Assembly (NCBI GenBank): GCA_963823505.1
Contig: CAWGLY010000005.1
Span: forward strand, 1,438,174 to 1,502,173
DNA length: 64,000 nt
Reading direction: 5' to 3'
Source of the DNA: an uncultured Acidimicrobiia bacterium
Lineage (GTDB): Bacteria > Actinomycetota > Acidimicrobiia > Spongiisociales > UBA5794
In this document: piece by piece, positions 18,902 to 29,406 of the stretch
Numbering within the stretch: position 1 is the stretch's first letter
Layout: each line of letters opens with the position of its first letter
Notes under the pieces: model-generated
The model's database searches: none
What the model was told of the DNA's origin: nothing
Seen by the model: only the letters and a program-made list of their open reading frames with translations
Translations under genes and position numbers: made by a program

Positions 18902-20005
18902 TCAACTGATGACCAATTCGGGGTGGGTGCGCACCCGTGGCTTACGGGCCTCCACCTCGGCGGCGAGTGATTCGAAGGCCGTCGCCGCATCTCCCCCGGG
19001 ATCTGCGATGGTAGCCGGTAGGCCGCGATCGGCCCCTTCGCGTATCGCAGGGACCAGCGGTATCCGCCCCAACAATGGGACCTCGAGCTCGTCCGCCAGT
19101 ACCTGACCGCCGCCCTCACCAAAGATCGGGTAGCGCTTGCCATCATCGCCCGTGAACCACGACATGTTCTCGACGACGCCCATCACATCCTGGTTGACCT
19201 TGCGAGCCATGAGGCCGGCACGCTTGGCGACCCGCTGCGCCGTGATCTGCGGTGTCGTGACCACGATGGCTTGGGCCCTGGGCAGGAACTGCGACATGGA
19301 GATGGCGATGTCGCCCGTGCCGGGAGGCATGTCGATCAGGAGGTAGTCCGGGTCACCCCAATGCACGTCTGCGAGGAACTGCTCGAGTGCCTTGTGGAGC
19401 ATGGGTCCCCGCCAGATGACGGCCTGGTCGGGTTTCACGAAGTAGTCCATCGACATCACCCTGACGCCGTGCATCTCGGGCGGGAGAAGGGTCTCGTCGA
19501 TGACGGTTGGCGCCCGGTCCACTCCGAGCATCTTGGGTATGGAGAAACCCCACACGTCGGCGTCGATGATGCCGACCGTCTTGCCGAGGCGGGCAAGGGA
19601 CACTCCCAAGTTGGCGGTGACAGAAGACTTGCCCACACCACCCTTGCCCGAGGCAATGGCGATGACCCTCGTCCGGCTCCCGGAGCCGCCGATGGTGATC
19701 TCCCTGGTGGGGGCACCGCGCACGTCGGCAACGAGCTGCGATCGCTCCGCGTCGGTCATGTGGGTGAACTGCACGTCCACGGCGCTCACCCCTGAGACCG
19801 ACATTGCAGCCGCAGTCACATCGGTCGTCAGCTTGTCCTTCAGGGGGCACCCAGGGATGGTCAGGGCAACCAACACCCGAACCGTGCCCTCCGCATCGAC
19901 ATCGAGCTCGCGCAGCATGTTCAGATCGGCCAGCGTGCGATGGATCTCGGGATCCTCCACTTTGCCGATCGCAGCCCTCACGGCCTCGATATCGATGGTG
20001 CTCAT
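18902..20005 (-). CDS. mrp: Mrp/NBP35 (ApbC) Fe-S cluster carrier ATPase
   Basis: N-terminal DUF59 (DPE..GCP), SGKGGVGKS, WRGPM, DMPPGTGD, VVENMS. Confidence 0.93.
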   Translation of the reverse strand: MSTIDIEAVRAAIGKVEDPEIHRTLADLNMLRELDVDAEGTVRVLVALTIPGCPLKDKLTTDVTAAAMSVSGVSAVDVQFTHMTDAERSQLVADVRGAPTREITIGGSGSRTRVIAIASGKGGVGKSSVTANLGVSLARLGKTVGIIDADVWGFSIPKMLGVDRAPTVIDETLLPPEMHGVRVMSMDYFVKPDQAVIWRGPMLHKALEQFLADVHWGDPDYLLIDMPPGTGDIAISMSQFLPRAQAIVVTTPQITAQRVAKRAGLMARKVNQDVMGVVENMSWFTGDDGKRYPIFGEGGGQVLADELEVPLLGRIPLVPAIREGADRGLPATIADPGGDAATAFESLAAEVEARKPRVRTHPELVIS

Positions 20006-20020
20006 GATGGTTTCATACTC

Positions 20021-20032
20021 CTATCCGGATAG
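20021..20032. promoter_or_regulatory. Palindrome in mrp/regulator divergent promoter
   Basis: Perfect 12-bp palindrome CTATCCGGATAG in an AT-rich 76-bp intergenic region; second palindrome ACTATAGT at 20042-20049. Confidence 0.45.
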
Positions 20033-20081
20033 TGAATAGAAACTATAGTGAGGACCGTATCCCTCCAATTCTGGGGCTTGG

Positions 20082-20777
20082 ATGAACACCCACACCTTCG
20101 ATCAACAGGTTGGCGCTCTCGCCGCTTCCCTCGGTGACACCACACGGCGGGGGATCTACATCGCCGTGCGGGAGGCGCCCGAACCGGTGACGGTGTCGCA
20201 CATCGCGTCTTCTTTTGACCTCCACCCCAATGTGGCGAGGCACCATCTCGACCGCCTCGTCACGGACGGGTGGCTGCAGGTCACCCATCGCCGCCGCACC
20301 GACAGGCGTGGCCCAGGCGCCGGCCGCCCCGCCAAGCACTACGAGCCCACCAGCCAGGAAGTCTCGGTGCAGTTCCCCGCCCGCCGATACGACCTCCTTG
20401 CCGAGCTGCTGGTCAGGACATTGGAACGGGTCGCACCCGACGACGCACCGCGCATCGCCGAGGAGATCGGCCGCGAATACGGCACGGAGCTCGCCCGCGA
20501 GATCGGGCTTCCGGAGGACAGCGGGTTCGAGACAGCCGTCCACGCAGTCGCCCGCACGATGATGGGCATGGGCTTCGACACCGAGGCGCAGCCAGGAGCC
20601 AGGACCCTGCTGACCCGGTCCTGCCCTTTCGGTGAGACCGCAACCAACCACCCGGAGATCGTCTGCAAGCTCGACCAGGGCATCGTGCGCGGCCTCCTGG
20701 CGGCAAGTCGCCAGACGGCCGACGTGCTGGTGACACCACATCTCACATCAGACCAGGACTGCGTTACCGACGTCTGA
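20082..20777 (+). CDS. ArsR/SufR-like HTH transcriptional regulator
   Basis: LHPNVARHHLDRL HTH, GAGRPAKHY wing, C-terminal CPF..C..C cysteines. Confidence 0.85.
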   Translation: MNTHTFDQQVGALAASLGDTTRRGIYIAVREAPEPVTVSHIASSFDLHPNVARHHLDRLVTDGWLQVTHRRRTDRRGPGAGRPAKHYEPTSQEVSVQFPARRYDLLAELLVRTLERVAPDDAPRIAEEIGREYGTELAREIGLPEDSGFETAVHAVARTMMGMGFDTEAQPGARTLLTRSCPFGETATNHPEIVCKLDQGIVRGLLAASRQTADVLVTPHLTSDQDCVTDV

Positions 20778-20798
20778 CGGCCATGCGGACCGGCACCG

Positions 20799-20840
20799 CC
20801 TCGACGTGTTGGCCCCTCGACGTGTTGGCCCCTCGACGTG
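20799..20840. repeat. 16-bp tandem repeat x2.6
   Basis: CCTCGACGTGTTGGCC CCTCGACGTGTTGGCC CCTCGACGTG. Confidence 0.85.
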
Positions 20841-20987
20841 CCGATATGTGCGGGCTACTCGATCTGCGCTTCATTGGAACGACGGGAGTGGTTCATCCAG
20901 CGCTGGGGCACGATGTATCCGGCCGAGTGTCTGGCCACCGCAGAGGCGACAGCGAAGGACGCTGCATACTCCTGTGGGGCGATTGGA

Positions 20988-21461
20988 TCAGAACTCGATG
21001 AACACCCGGTTGTTTCTGACGATCAGCCACAGCAGGAGGAGGAGGATGACAGAGACGGCTCCACCGATGATCGTCCCATAGATGTCTTTCCAGTCGAAGA
21101 CGCCTTTGGGTAGGTAGGGCTGCACGATTTCGTAGAGGATGTAGCCGGCAACCACGAACACAATGACGTTGAAGGCTTTCTTCTTCTGCGAGTTCAGGAT
21201 CGCCAGCGAAAAGAAGATCTGCACGACGATCCCGCCCAGGTTGCCCATGCTGTCGGCAATCCCGTAATCGTTGATCCCGTTCCTGTAGATGTACGGCCGG
21301 TAGACGGACCTGCCAACCTCGGTCAGGAGAAAGGCGACGACGGCAGCCATGGCGTAGAGCAGGCGGAGCAAGTCGATGGTCCGGAATGCTTCCCGGTCCG
21401 TGAACAAGAGACCGATGGATCTTGGTTCTGTCACAGCACTCCGCGATTGCCCCTCTGACAT
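20988..21461 (-). CDS. Hypothetical membrane protein
   Basis: Four hydrophobic segments, YEIVQ..FDWKD motif, SD GGAGG before MSEGQ. Confidence 0.7.
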   Translation of the reverse strand: MSEGQSRSAVTEPRSIGLLFTDREAFRTIDLLRLLYAMAAVVAFLLTEVGRSVYRPYIYRNGINDYGIADSMGNLGGIVVQIFFSLAILNSQKKKAFNVIVFVVAGYILYEIVQPYLPKGVFDWKDIYGTIIGGAVSVILLLLLWLIVRNNRVFIEF

Positions 21462-21751
21462 CGGGGCTTCCTCCTGCACTGTGGCTAGTCAAACCGCCCC
21501 AGGGCGGGAAGGCAAGAAGCGGAAGGCCGGACAACCCCTTCATGCACCGGGTTTCCGCACGGGTCGGCCACACGTGCGAGCGTCTGCTAATGGCGACATC
21601 GCTCACCCAACCGCCCAGGAGCCGCACAAGATCACCGGCGTGTCATGCACTCTGCGTGGCACAGAATTCGCGAGCTCCAGTGGCGCCACCGCCTCCTGTG
21701 CCAGCGTCCTCTTCCTTGAGCCGGACGTGCCGACGATGACGATGCGACGCA

Positions 21752-22373
21752 TCAGGAAAACAGGCGGAGGTCGTCGGCGGTGCAGCCGGCGAGCCGGTAC
21801 CGGCCCGGGTCCGGTCGCCGCCCGCCTGCCAGACGCACGAACGTCTCCAGATCCGTCACTGCCTTGGCGCTGCCCTCTCCTTCGCTGCCGAATCTGTAGC
21901 GCTCCCCGTCGACACTGACGTCGATGGCTGGCCGTGCACCGATCCGACTGCGGGCGACCAGCAGATCGACGGCGAGATTGCTTCCCTCACTGGCGTAGGC
22001 GCCGGGCTCGTCGAGCGCCTCCCGCACATCGCCGCCGTGCATCCACTCCCCGATCCCGACACCGTCGAGCACTCCCTCCGCTGCGTCGATGGCTTCCGCA
22101 GCATCTGCGTATCCGGCGAACAACTCCTCCAGCACCGCAGGCCACCGGCCAGGATCGCCGCTCCTCGACATCGTGCTCGTTGTCCTCCGCCGTGAACCGG
22201 TGCACCGTTCCCAGAGCGACGTGGGTCAGGGCGGCGCCGCAGTGGGCGAGGACGTCGCGCACCGACCATCCGGCGCACACGGTCGGACGATCGAACCCGC
22301 CATCGGGTGCCCGCTCCAAGATGGGCCGGAGTGCCGTCGCCTCCGTCAACAGGATCCGAGCAGCAGCACGCAT
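21752..22373 (-). pseudogene. Maleylpyruvate isomerase-family (MDMPI/DinB-like) protein, frameshifted near 22139
   Basis: N half PTVCAGWSVRDVLAH in one frame, C half EWMHGGDVREAL in another; one extra base at GTG GCC T GCG GTG. May be a sequencing error. Confidence 0.8.
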
Positions 22374-22422
22374 CGAGCCAGCGTAGACCCGACGGCAGCA
22401 GCTCTTGGTAGGTTGGCGGCGT

Positions 22423-23550
22423 ATGGCATCCAGCGACTTTGCCGCTGCAGCGCGGCGCATCCATGGCGACCTACCCGTCGTGGACGGACACAACGACCTG
22501 CCCTGGAAACTGCGAGTCGAGGCCGGTGGCGACCTCGAGTTGCGCGACCCGGGTGGCCACCTGGACGGGTTCCACACCGACATCCCGCGCCTGGTCGAGG
22601 GAGGGGTAGGTGGGCAATGGTGGTCCGTGTACGTGCCCGCGGACGTGCCCGGCCCGTTTGCGCAGACGATGGCCCAGATCGATCTCGTCGAGGAGATGGT
22701 CGCACGCAACGATCGCCTCGAGCTCGCCACGACGGCCGGTGCCGTCCGGCGGGTCCGCTCGACCGGCAGGATCGCCTCATTGTTGGGGGCGGAGGGCGGC
22801 CACTGCATCGAAGGATCGCTCGACAAGCTGGACGCACTCGCCGACCGGGGGGTGCGGTACATGACGCTCACCCACAGCGACACCACCGGGTGGGCAGATT
22901 CCGCAACCGATGAACCCCGCCACGGCGGGCTCAACGCGTTCGGCGAAGACATCGTGCGCAGGATGAACCGCCGCGGCATGCTCGTCGACGTGTCCCACGT
23001 GGCGGCCACGACGATGCGAGACGCTCTGCGGGTGAGCGCCGCACCGATCATCGCCTCCCATTCGAACGCCTACGCACTCGCCCCTCACCCCCGCAACGTA
23101 CCCGATGACGTGATCGCAGAGGTCGGCCGCCGTGGGGGGGTGATCATGGCGGCGTTCTTCCCAGGCTTTGTCGTTGCGAGCACGGCGAAAGCGATGCTCC
23201 GGCTCTTCGACGAGTGGCGCCGCATCAGGGCGGAGTTGGAGGGCAACGAAGCCGCCATCGCGGCAGAGATCGAGGCCCGCGACGCAGAAATGGATCTCGA
23301 TCGGGGACATGTCGACGATGTCGTCGATCACATCGAGCACATTGCGGCCGTTGGCGGTGTCGACGCCGTCGGTCTCGGCTCCGACTTCGACGGCATGACG
23401 ATGGTGCCCGCCGGCCTGGAGGACGTGACCCGCTACCCGGCGATCACAGAGGCATTGCTGGCGAGAGGCTGGAGTGAGGGAGATGTGAGGAAGGTGCTCG
23501 GCGAGAACACGCTGCGAGTGATGGAGGCCGCCGAAGCTGTGGCCGGATGA
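22423..23550 (+). CDS. Membrane dipeptidase (peptidase M19)
   Basis: DGHNDLPW, GAEGGH, YMTLTH, DVSH, ASHSNA, GLGSDFDG. Confidence 0.93.
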   Translation: MASSDFAAAARRIHGDLPVVDGHNDLPWKLRVEAGGDLELRDPGGHLDGFHTDIPRLVEGGVGGQWWSVYVPADVPGPFAQTMAQIDLVEEMVARNDRLELATTAGAVRRVRSTGRIASLLGAEGGHCIEGSLDKLDALADRGVRYMTLTHSDTTGWADSATDEPRHGGLNAFGEDIVRRMNRRGMLVDVSHVAATTMRDALRVSAAPIIASHSNAYALAPHPRNVPDDVIAEVGRRGGVIMAAFFPGFVVASTAKAMLRLFDEWRRIRAELEGNEAAIAAEIEARDAEMDLDRGHVDDVVDHIEHIAAVGGVDAVGLGSDFDGMTMVPAGLEDVTRYPAITEALLARGWSEGDVRKVLGENTLRVMEAAEAVAG

Positions 23551-23559
23551 AGGGCGGGG

Positions 23560-24300
23560 TCAGGAACGCCAGCCCTCGAGCGTCGCATCGATCCACGATC
23601 TGGCGGCTGCCACCTTCTCGTCTTCGTCGCCCGGCTGCCTGGCCAGGGGCTCGCCGAACCGGATCTTCACCGTGGTCCCGAACGGGACGGGGAAGAGGTT
23701 GTTGTTGAACAGCCGCCACGAGCCGTCGACCGCAACCGGTACAACGGGCAGCTCGCTCGCCGACCGCAGCAGCACCTTCGAGCCTGCAGGCTTGAACTCA
23801 CCAAGCGACCCATCCCGCGACCGGGTTCCTTCGGGGAAGATCACAACGCTGACGTCCCGTTCCTGGGCCGTCTTGGCCATGTCGGAAATTGCCCGTAACG
23901 CCTGACGACGATCATCCCTGTCGATGAGACAGTTGCCGCCACGGCGGAGATTCAGCGACACGCTGGGGATCTTCCGCCCCAGTTCCTTCTTCGCAACATA
24001 CTTCGGGAAGTTGGTGAACAGCAGCCCGCCAATCAAGACGATGTCGAACATGCTCTGGTGGTTCGAGATCAGTGCATAGCCCGTATGAGGCTTGATCGCC
24101 GGGTCGCGTTCGACCTCGACCTTGGTGCCGGCAATGCTGAAGACGGCAACGAGGGTCCGCTGGAGGGCGGCCATCACATACTCGAAGGGTCGAAGGCCAA
24201 ACAGCAACGCCACGCGACCGACGAGGTCGTAGATACCGAGCGACAACCCGAAGGCAATCACCGTCGGGATGCTCACCAGCCAGTCACGGGCACGTCGCAT
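23560..24300 (-). CDS. Lysophospholipid acyltransferase (PlsC family)
   Basis: NHQSMFD (HxxxxD), FPEGTRS. Confidence 0.9.
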   Translation of the reverse strand: MRRARDWLVSIPTVIAFGLSLGIYDLVGRVALLFGLRPFEYVMAALQRTLVAVFSIAGTKVEVERDPAIKPHTGYALISNHQSMFDIVLIGGLLFTNFPKYVAKKELGRKIPSVSLNLRRGGNCLIDRDDRRQALRAISDMAKTAQERDVSVVIFPEGTRSRDGSLGEFKPAGSKVLLRSASELPVVPVAVDGSWRLFNNNLFPVPFGTTVKIRFGEPLARQPGDEDEKVAAARSWIDATLEGWRS

Positions 24301-24366
24301 AACGACGGCAATCTACGCTGCAACGCTCCCAGGGGCCATTCGGCCCGGGGTACGGCCGAGCGATCG

Positions 24367-27050
24367 CTACTCGGCTGCCATCCTGCGCAAGACCATGTGG
24401 AGGATTCCGCCGTTGCGGAGGTACTGCACCTCAACGGGTGTGTCGCAACGACATGTCGCCATGAACTCCACCGTCGCCCCGTCGGCCTTCGTCGCCACCA
24501 CTCGCACGAGCTGCCGTGGTTGGAGTTCGTCATCGACATCGATGGCGAAGGTTTCCGTCCCGTCCAGCCCGAGGCTGTCGGCGTCCTCACCCTCGGGGAA
24601 GGTCAACGGCAGAACACCCATCATGACGAGGTTGGATCGGTGGATCCGCTCGAAGCTGGTCGCGATGACTGCCTTGACGCCCAGCAGGAATGTGCCCTTT
24701 GCAGCCCAATCACGCGACGAGCCCATCCCGTAGTCGCTGCCGCCCAGCACCACCAGCGGGATGCCCGCGTTCTTGTAGTTGAGGCTGGCCTCGTAGACGC
24801 TCTTGACGGCGCCGTCCGTGAAGTCGGTGGTGGCACCGCCTTCGGTTCCCGGTGCGATTTGATTGCGGATGCGCACGTTGGCGAAGGTGCCTCGGGTCAT
24901 CACCCGGTCGTTGCCGCGGCGGGAGCCGTAGCTGTTGAACATCCTCCGTTCGACACCCTGCTCGATCAGGTACTGGCCTGCAGGGGTGTCCAGGGCGATG
25001 CCCCCTGCAGGACTGATGTGATCCGTCGTGACGGAGTCGCCGAGCTTCAGGAGCACCCGAGCCCCCGAGATGGGCCGAATCGGCGTGACCTCGGACGTGA
25101 GGTCCATGAAGAACGGGGGCTCTTGGACGTAGGTGCTCGTGGGGTCCCACGGATACAGCGCCTCGTCTGTGGATGGGATGGCGCGCCACTCCTCCGAACC
25201 CTCGAACACGGCGCCGTATTCGGTTCTGAACTGCTCGGTCTTCACCGAGCGACCGACGATCTCATCGATCTCAGCCTGGGTGGGCCAGATGTCGCGCAGG
25301 TAGACGTCGTTGCCGGCCTCGTCCTGCCCGATGGGGTCGGCGGTGAGATCGGTGTCGACGGTCCCTGCAATGGCGTACGCAACTACGAGCGGCGGGGATG
25401 CCAGGTAGTTGGCCCGCACGTCCTGTGAGATGCGACCTTCGAAGTTACGGTTGCCGGACAGCACCGACGCCACGACCAGGTCGTGCTCGTTGACGGCTGC
25501 GCTGATTTCTTCGGGCAGCGGGCCCGAGTTGCCGATGCAGGTCGTGCACCCATAACCCACGAGGTAGAAGCCGGCGGCTTCGAGGTCCTCCGTCAGCCCG
25601 CTGTCATCGAGGTAATCGGTCACCACCTTCGAGCCCGGGGCAAGGGAGGTCTTCACCCAAGGCTTCCGGGTCAGGCCGCGTTCGCGTGCCTTGCGGGCGA
25701 CGAGACCTGCCCCAACCATCACGTCGGGGTTGGAGGTGTTGGTGCACGAAGTGATGGCGGCAATGACGACGTCGCCGTCTTGAAGCTGGAAATCGGCACC
25801 TCCGTAGCTCACCGGCACCGGTGCCGTCTGCGTGGTCCCCTGCTTGCGGAGACCGCCGGCCAGATCCGCCTGCCACTGCGATTGCATGTTGCCGAGTGCG
25901 ATCCGATCCTGCGGCCGCTTGGGCCCCGCCAGCGATGTCTCGACGGTGGACATGTCGAGCTCGAGGCTGGAGCTGTAGACGATGTTGCGGTCGTCGTCTC
26001 GCCACATGCCCTGCATCCGGTAGTACTGCTCGACGGTGGCCACCAGCTCCTCGGAACGCCCGGTGAGGCGCATGTACTTGGTGGTTTGCTCGTCGACGGG
26101 GAAGAATCCGATGGTGGCGCCGTACTCGGGAGCCATGTTGGCGATGGTCGCCCGATTGGCCAGCGGCATGCCGGCAAGCCCTGGGCCGTAGAACTCGACG
26201 AACTTGCTGACGACGCCGTGCTCCCGCAGCATCTCCACGACGCGCAGCACGAGGTCGGTGGCAGTGACGCCCTCGCGGCAGATGCGCCGGTGAGCTTGAA
26301 ACCGACGACCTCGGGAAGGAGCATGTAGATCGGCTGCCCAACCATTGCAGCCTCGGCCTCGATACCGCCGACGCCCCACCCCACGACACCGAGGCCATTG
26401 ATCATGGTCGTGTGCGAGTCGGTCCCCACCAGGCTGTCGGGATACAGCGTCGTGCCGTCATCCCATGCCACCTTGGCGAGGTACTCCAGATTGACCTGGT
26501 GCACGATGCCCGTTGCCGGAGGCACGACACGGAAATTGTCGAACGCCGACTGCCCCCACTTCAAGAATTCGTAGCGTTCCCGGTTGCGCTCGAACTCGAG
26601 CTCGGAGTTGATCTGGAGCGCCATGCCGCTGTTGAAGGCGTCGACCTGCACGGAGTGATCGATGACGAGGTCGCTTGGCACCAACGGGTTGACCTTCTGC
26701 GCCGATGCCGGATCGCCCGTCATGCGGACGATGGCCGATCGCATGGCGGCGAGGTCCACCACTGCCGGTACGCCGGTGAAGTCCTGGAGCACGACCCGTC
26801 CAGGGGTGAACGCGATTTCCGTCTCCTCGACTTTGGCGGCGTCGTACTGCGCCAGCGCCTGCACGTCGTCGTCGGTGACAACCGCACCGTCGTGGTTTCT
26901 CAGCACCGATTCGAGCAGGACCTTGATCGAGTACGGCAGGCTGTCGATGTCCCCGAGGTGCTTGAGCGCATCGAGCTGGTACACCACGCGCTCGCCGAGC
27001 CGGGTGTCGACCGTGGTGCGTGCCTCGAACGGGTCATGTACGCCTGACAT
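24367..27050 (-). CDS. acnA: Aconitate hydratase A, split by an apparent frameshift at ~26275-26286
   Basis: N part [21 protein letters not shown]; C part [38 protein letters not shown]. Two extra bases at GGCGCATCTGCCGCGAGGGC. Confidence 0.92.
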
Positions 27051-27294
27051 TGGGGCCTCGATTCCTGCGATCAGCGGTTCATTCGCTCAGTTGAACCATG
27101 TTAGAGGTGCCCCGTGTGACGCTTTGGTGCCCGGCCTCGACCCCCATTTGGCGGAAAGCGAAAGATCGGTCGATCTTTCCGATGGGGTGAAGCCCCGCCG
27201 CGACGTCGCCAAGGGGGGCCTCGTGTTCAGTCGGGCCCACGGACCGTTCAGGCTGCGGGCACATCAGGGTGACAGCAGTGCGAAGGATCTGTGA

Positions 27295-28962
27295 TCATTT
27301 GACTCTGTACCCGCCCAGCTCGTTCGCCAGGACCCAGGCGACGACGGTCCCGATCTCGATGCCGCTGAACGGGTAGGACTCCAGGCGCACCGCATCCGAC
27401 CCGAGTTCGGGGTGCGGAGGGCCTGCAGCCTGCATCTGCTCGAACCGCTTCTGCCATCGCACGATGTTGGCAGGCCTGAGATCGACCCATCCCTTGTCGG
27501 CCCAGGCATCCCGATCCTCGGCAGTGACCGTCGCCACCCGATGACCGGGGATCTCGGGGATCCGCAACCTCGGGCCACGAATCAGACGCTTGCCGTCCGG
27601 TTGCAGAATGCCGAGACCCAGGGAGGCCATCGTGTCGCACATGTCGGGTGACGACGCAAGCCGTGCCGACAGCGCCCGTGCCGCCGTCTCCGGATCGGTT
27701 GCGACTACTCCGGCCAGCGACCCGTATTCGGCCCGCAGCAGCTCCGCCTCCCACAACAGCTTGGAGAGCTCCGGCGGGCCGAGCTGGCCCAGCGCAACCG
27801 AGTGTGTACCGGTGTCCTGCTCCAACCGAGCCAGCACCTCGAGGGCCTGTCCCCGGAGGACCCCTCCCCGGTAGGACGGGCCGAGCACCGCGCCATCCAC
27901 CGCGGCAATGACGTCCTTGCCGGTGTTGCCGCCGTCGATCTCCTCCACGACGAGCTGAGCAATCTCCTCGGGTGTCACGAACTCCATCTGGCCGATGGAC
28001 GTGATGGCTTCGAACTCCCCTCTCGTGAACACACCGTTCTCCCCGGTGTCGACGACTGGGAGGACCACCATCCCAAGCGGCTCGAACTCGCCTTCGTCCA
28101 TGTCCACATTGAGGCGATCGGACAACGCGATCTCCCTGGCCGCATAACGGCGCACCGGCTCACCCGCCTCGAGGATCGGCCGGCTCTCCACCCTGGCGTA
28201 GCCGATGAGGGCGGCCGGCTTGATCTCCTTCACCTTTGGGCCACCGGCGGTGCGTGCCATCAAGAAGAGCAGCCCCGTATGGGCGAAGGCCACCGCGGTT
28301 TTGGTCATCAGCTTGGCCGACGGCCGATCCTCGCTGTGGGTGTAGGGGATGTTGAGACCCATCCCGCCCGTCCCCGTCGTCCCGACCTTCAGGTACAGAC
28401 GCGTCTGCGCCTCGCGGAGCGCTCGATCCAGGATCATCACGTGGCGAATCAGCTGCGGAACCGATTGCGACAGGATGAGCGATTCGACGGCACCCTCGAC
28501 CTTGTCGGCGTCCGCTGCCGTCACCCCGGCTTCGACGGTTCGCTTGGCCACGATCGACGATGTGTAGACGTCCTGATAGCTGATCGCCGTTGCCGTGTTG
28601 ATCGCATCCACGACCACGTCGGGCCGGTACTTGCCGACGAGCGCCGCGATGCGCGACCGCCCGTAGGCGGAATCGAAGGGGCCCAGGAGGTCCTCGAAGA
28701 TGCACTCGCGGGACTCCCCATCGACGAGGAGCTCGGCTCGGTCCCGCTTGCTGAATTCGTCCCTGGCGAAAACGTCACCCCACTCCCCCTCGAAGGCGAC
28801 GCGAGGATGCCGCCGGCTCAACGCCGCAACGGCCTTCTCGACGTCGTCTTCCGTGCGGGAGGCAATCACGATCCGATCGGGGCGCAAATCGTGAGCGATG
28901 TGCTCGGCGACCTGGGCGCCCACGAGCCCGGCTCCTCCGAGGACAAGGAACGTGCGGTCCAC
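27295..28962 (-). CDS. Uncharacterised ~555-aa Rossmann-fold (SDR-like) protein
   Basis: N-terminal LVLGGAGLVG nucleotide-binding motif; KVGTTGTGGMGLNIPYTHSE, DTGENG; SD AAGGAG before the GTG. Confidence 0.8.
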   Translation of the reverse strand: MDRTFLVLGGAGLVGAQVAEHIAHDLRPDRIVIASRTEDDVEKAVAALSRRHPRVAFEGEWGDVFARDEFSKRDRAELLVDGESRECIFEDLLGPFDSAYGRSRIAALVGKYRPDVVVDAINTATAISYQDVYTSSIVAKRTVEAGVTAADADKVEGAVESLILSQSVPQLIRHVMILDRALREAQTRLYLKVGTTGTGGMGLNIPYTHSEDRPSAKLMTKTAVAFAHTGLLFLMARTAGGPKVKEIKPAALIGYARVESRPILEAGEPVRRYAAREIALSDRLNVDMDEGEFEPLGMVVLPVVDTGENGVFTRGEFEAITSIGQMEFVTPEEIAQLVVEEIDGGNTGKDVIAAVDGAVLGPSYRGGVLRGQALEVLARLEQDTGTHSVALGQLGPPELSKLLWEAELLRAEYGSLAGVVATDPETAARALSARLASSPDMCDTMASLGLGILQPDGKRLIRGPRLRIPEIPGHRVATVTAEDRDAWADKGWVDLRPANIVRWQKRFEQMQAAGPPHPELGSDAVRLESYPFSGIEIGTVVAWVLANELGGYRVK

Positions 28963-29202
28963 TTCAGGCTCCTTCTGACCGATCGGGATCTGGCGACACC
29001 GTACGGCCGGAACCGGTGTGGCGACCATGGCCGGATGCCCCCGCACCGCGGGTCGTATGACCGCGGAACCGGCGACCGACCGTCGTTCAGGTGAATGCGA
29101 CGTAGCAAGCTCGCGAATTTCTGCCCTAGGACGCGAAAACTCTCCTTGATTTTGGGGGCTATTGAGCCGCGCGGCCCATGGTTCGTGTCACACCTAGCCG
29201 CG

Positions 29203-29406
29203 ATGATCACTACACGATCCCAACTGTGGAAGCGAGCCGAGGGGTGGAACGTGGCGGCGATATTTGGACTGAGCGTGGCCCTGGGCTTGCTGTTCACTTT
29301 CCTGGCCGGCTGGAGCCAGGTGGCGGAGCTGTTCCGCGAATCTGAGCAAGATCGGATCGATCGTGAGTTCGCATTGATGGTCGCAATGCTCGACATCGAC
29401 GGCTGA
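29203..29406 (+). CDS. Small single-TM hypothetical protein
   Basis: 67 aa, one TM segment, then acidic tail DRIDREFALMVAML. Confidence 0.5.
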   Translation: MITTRSQLWKRAEGWNVAAIFGLSVALGLLFTFLAGWSQVAELFRESEQDRIDREFALMVAMLDIDG

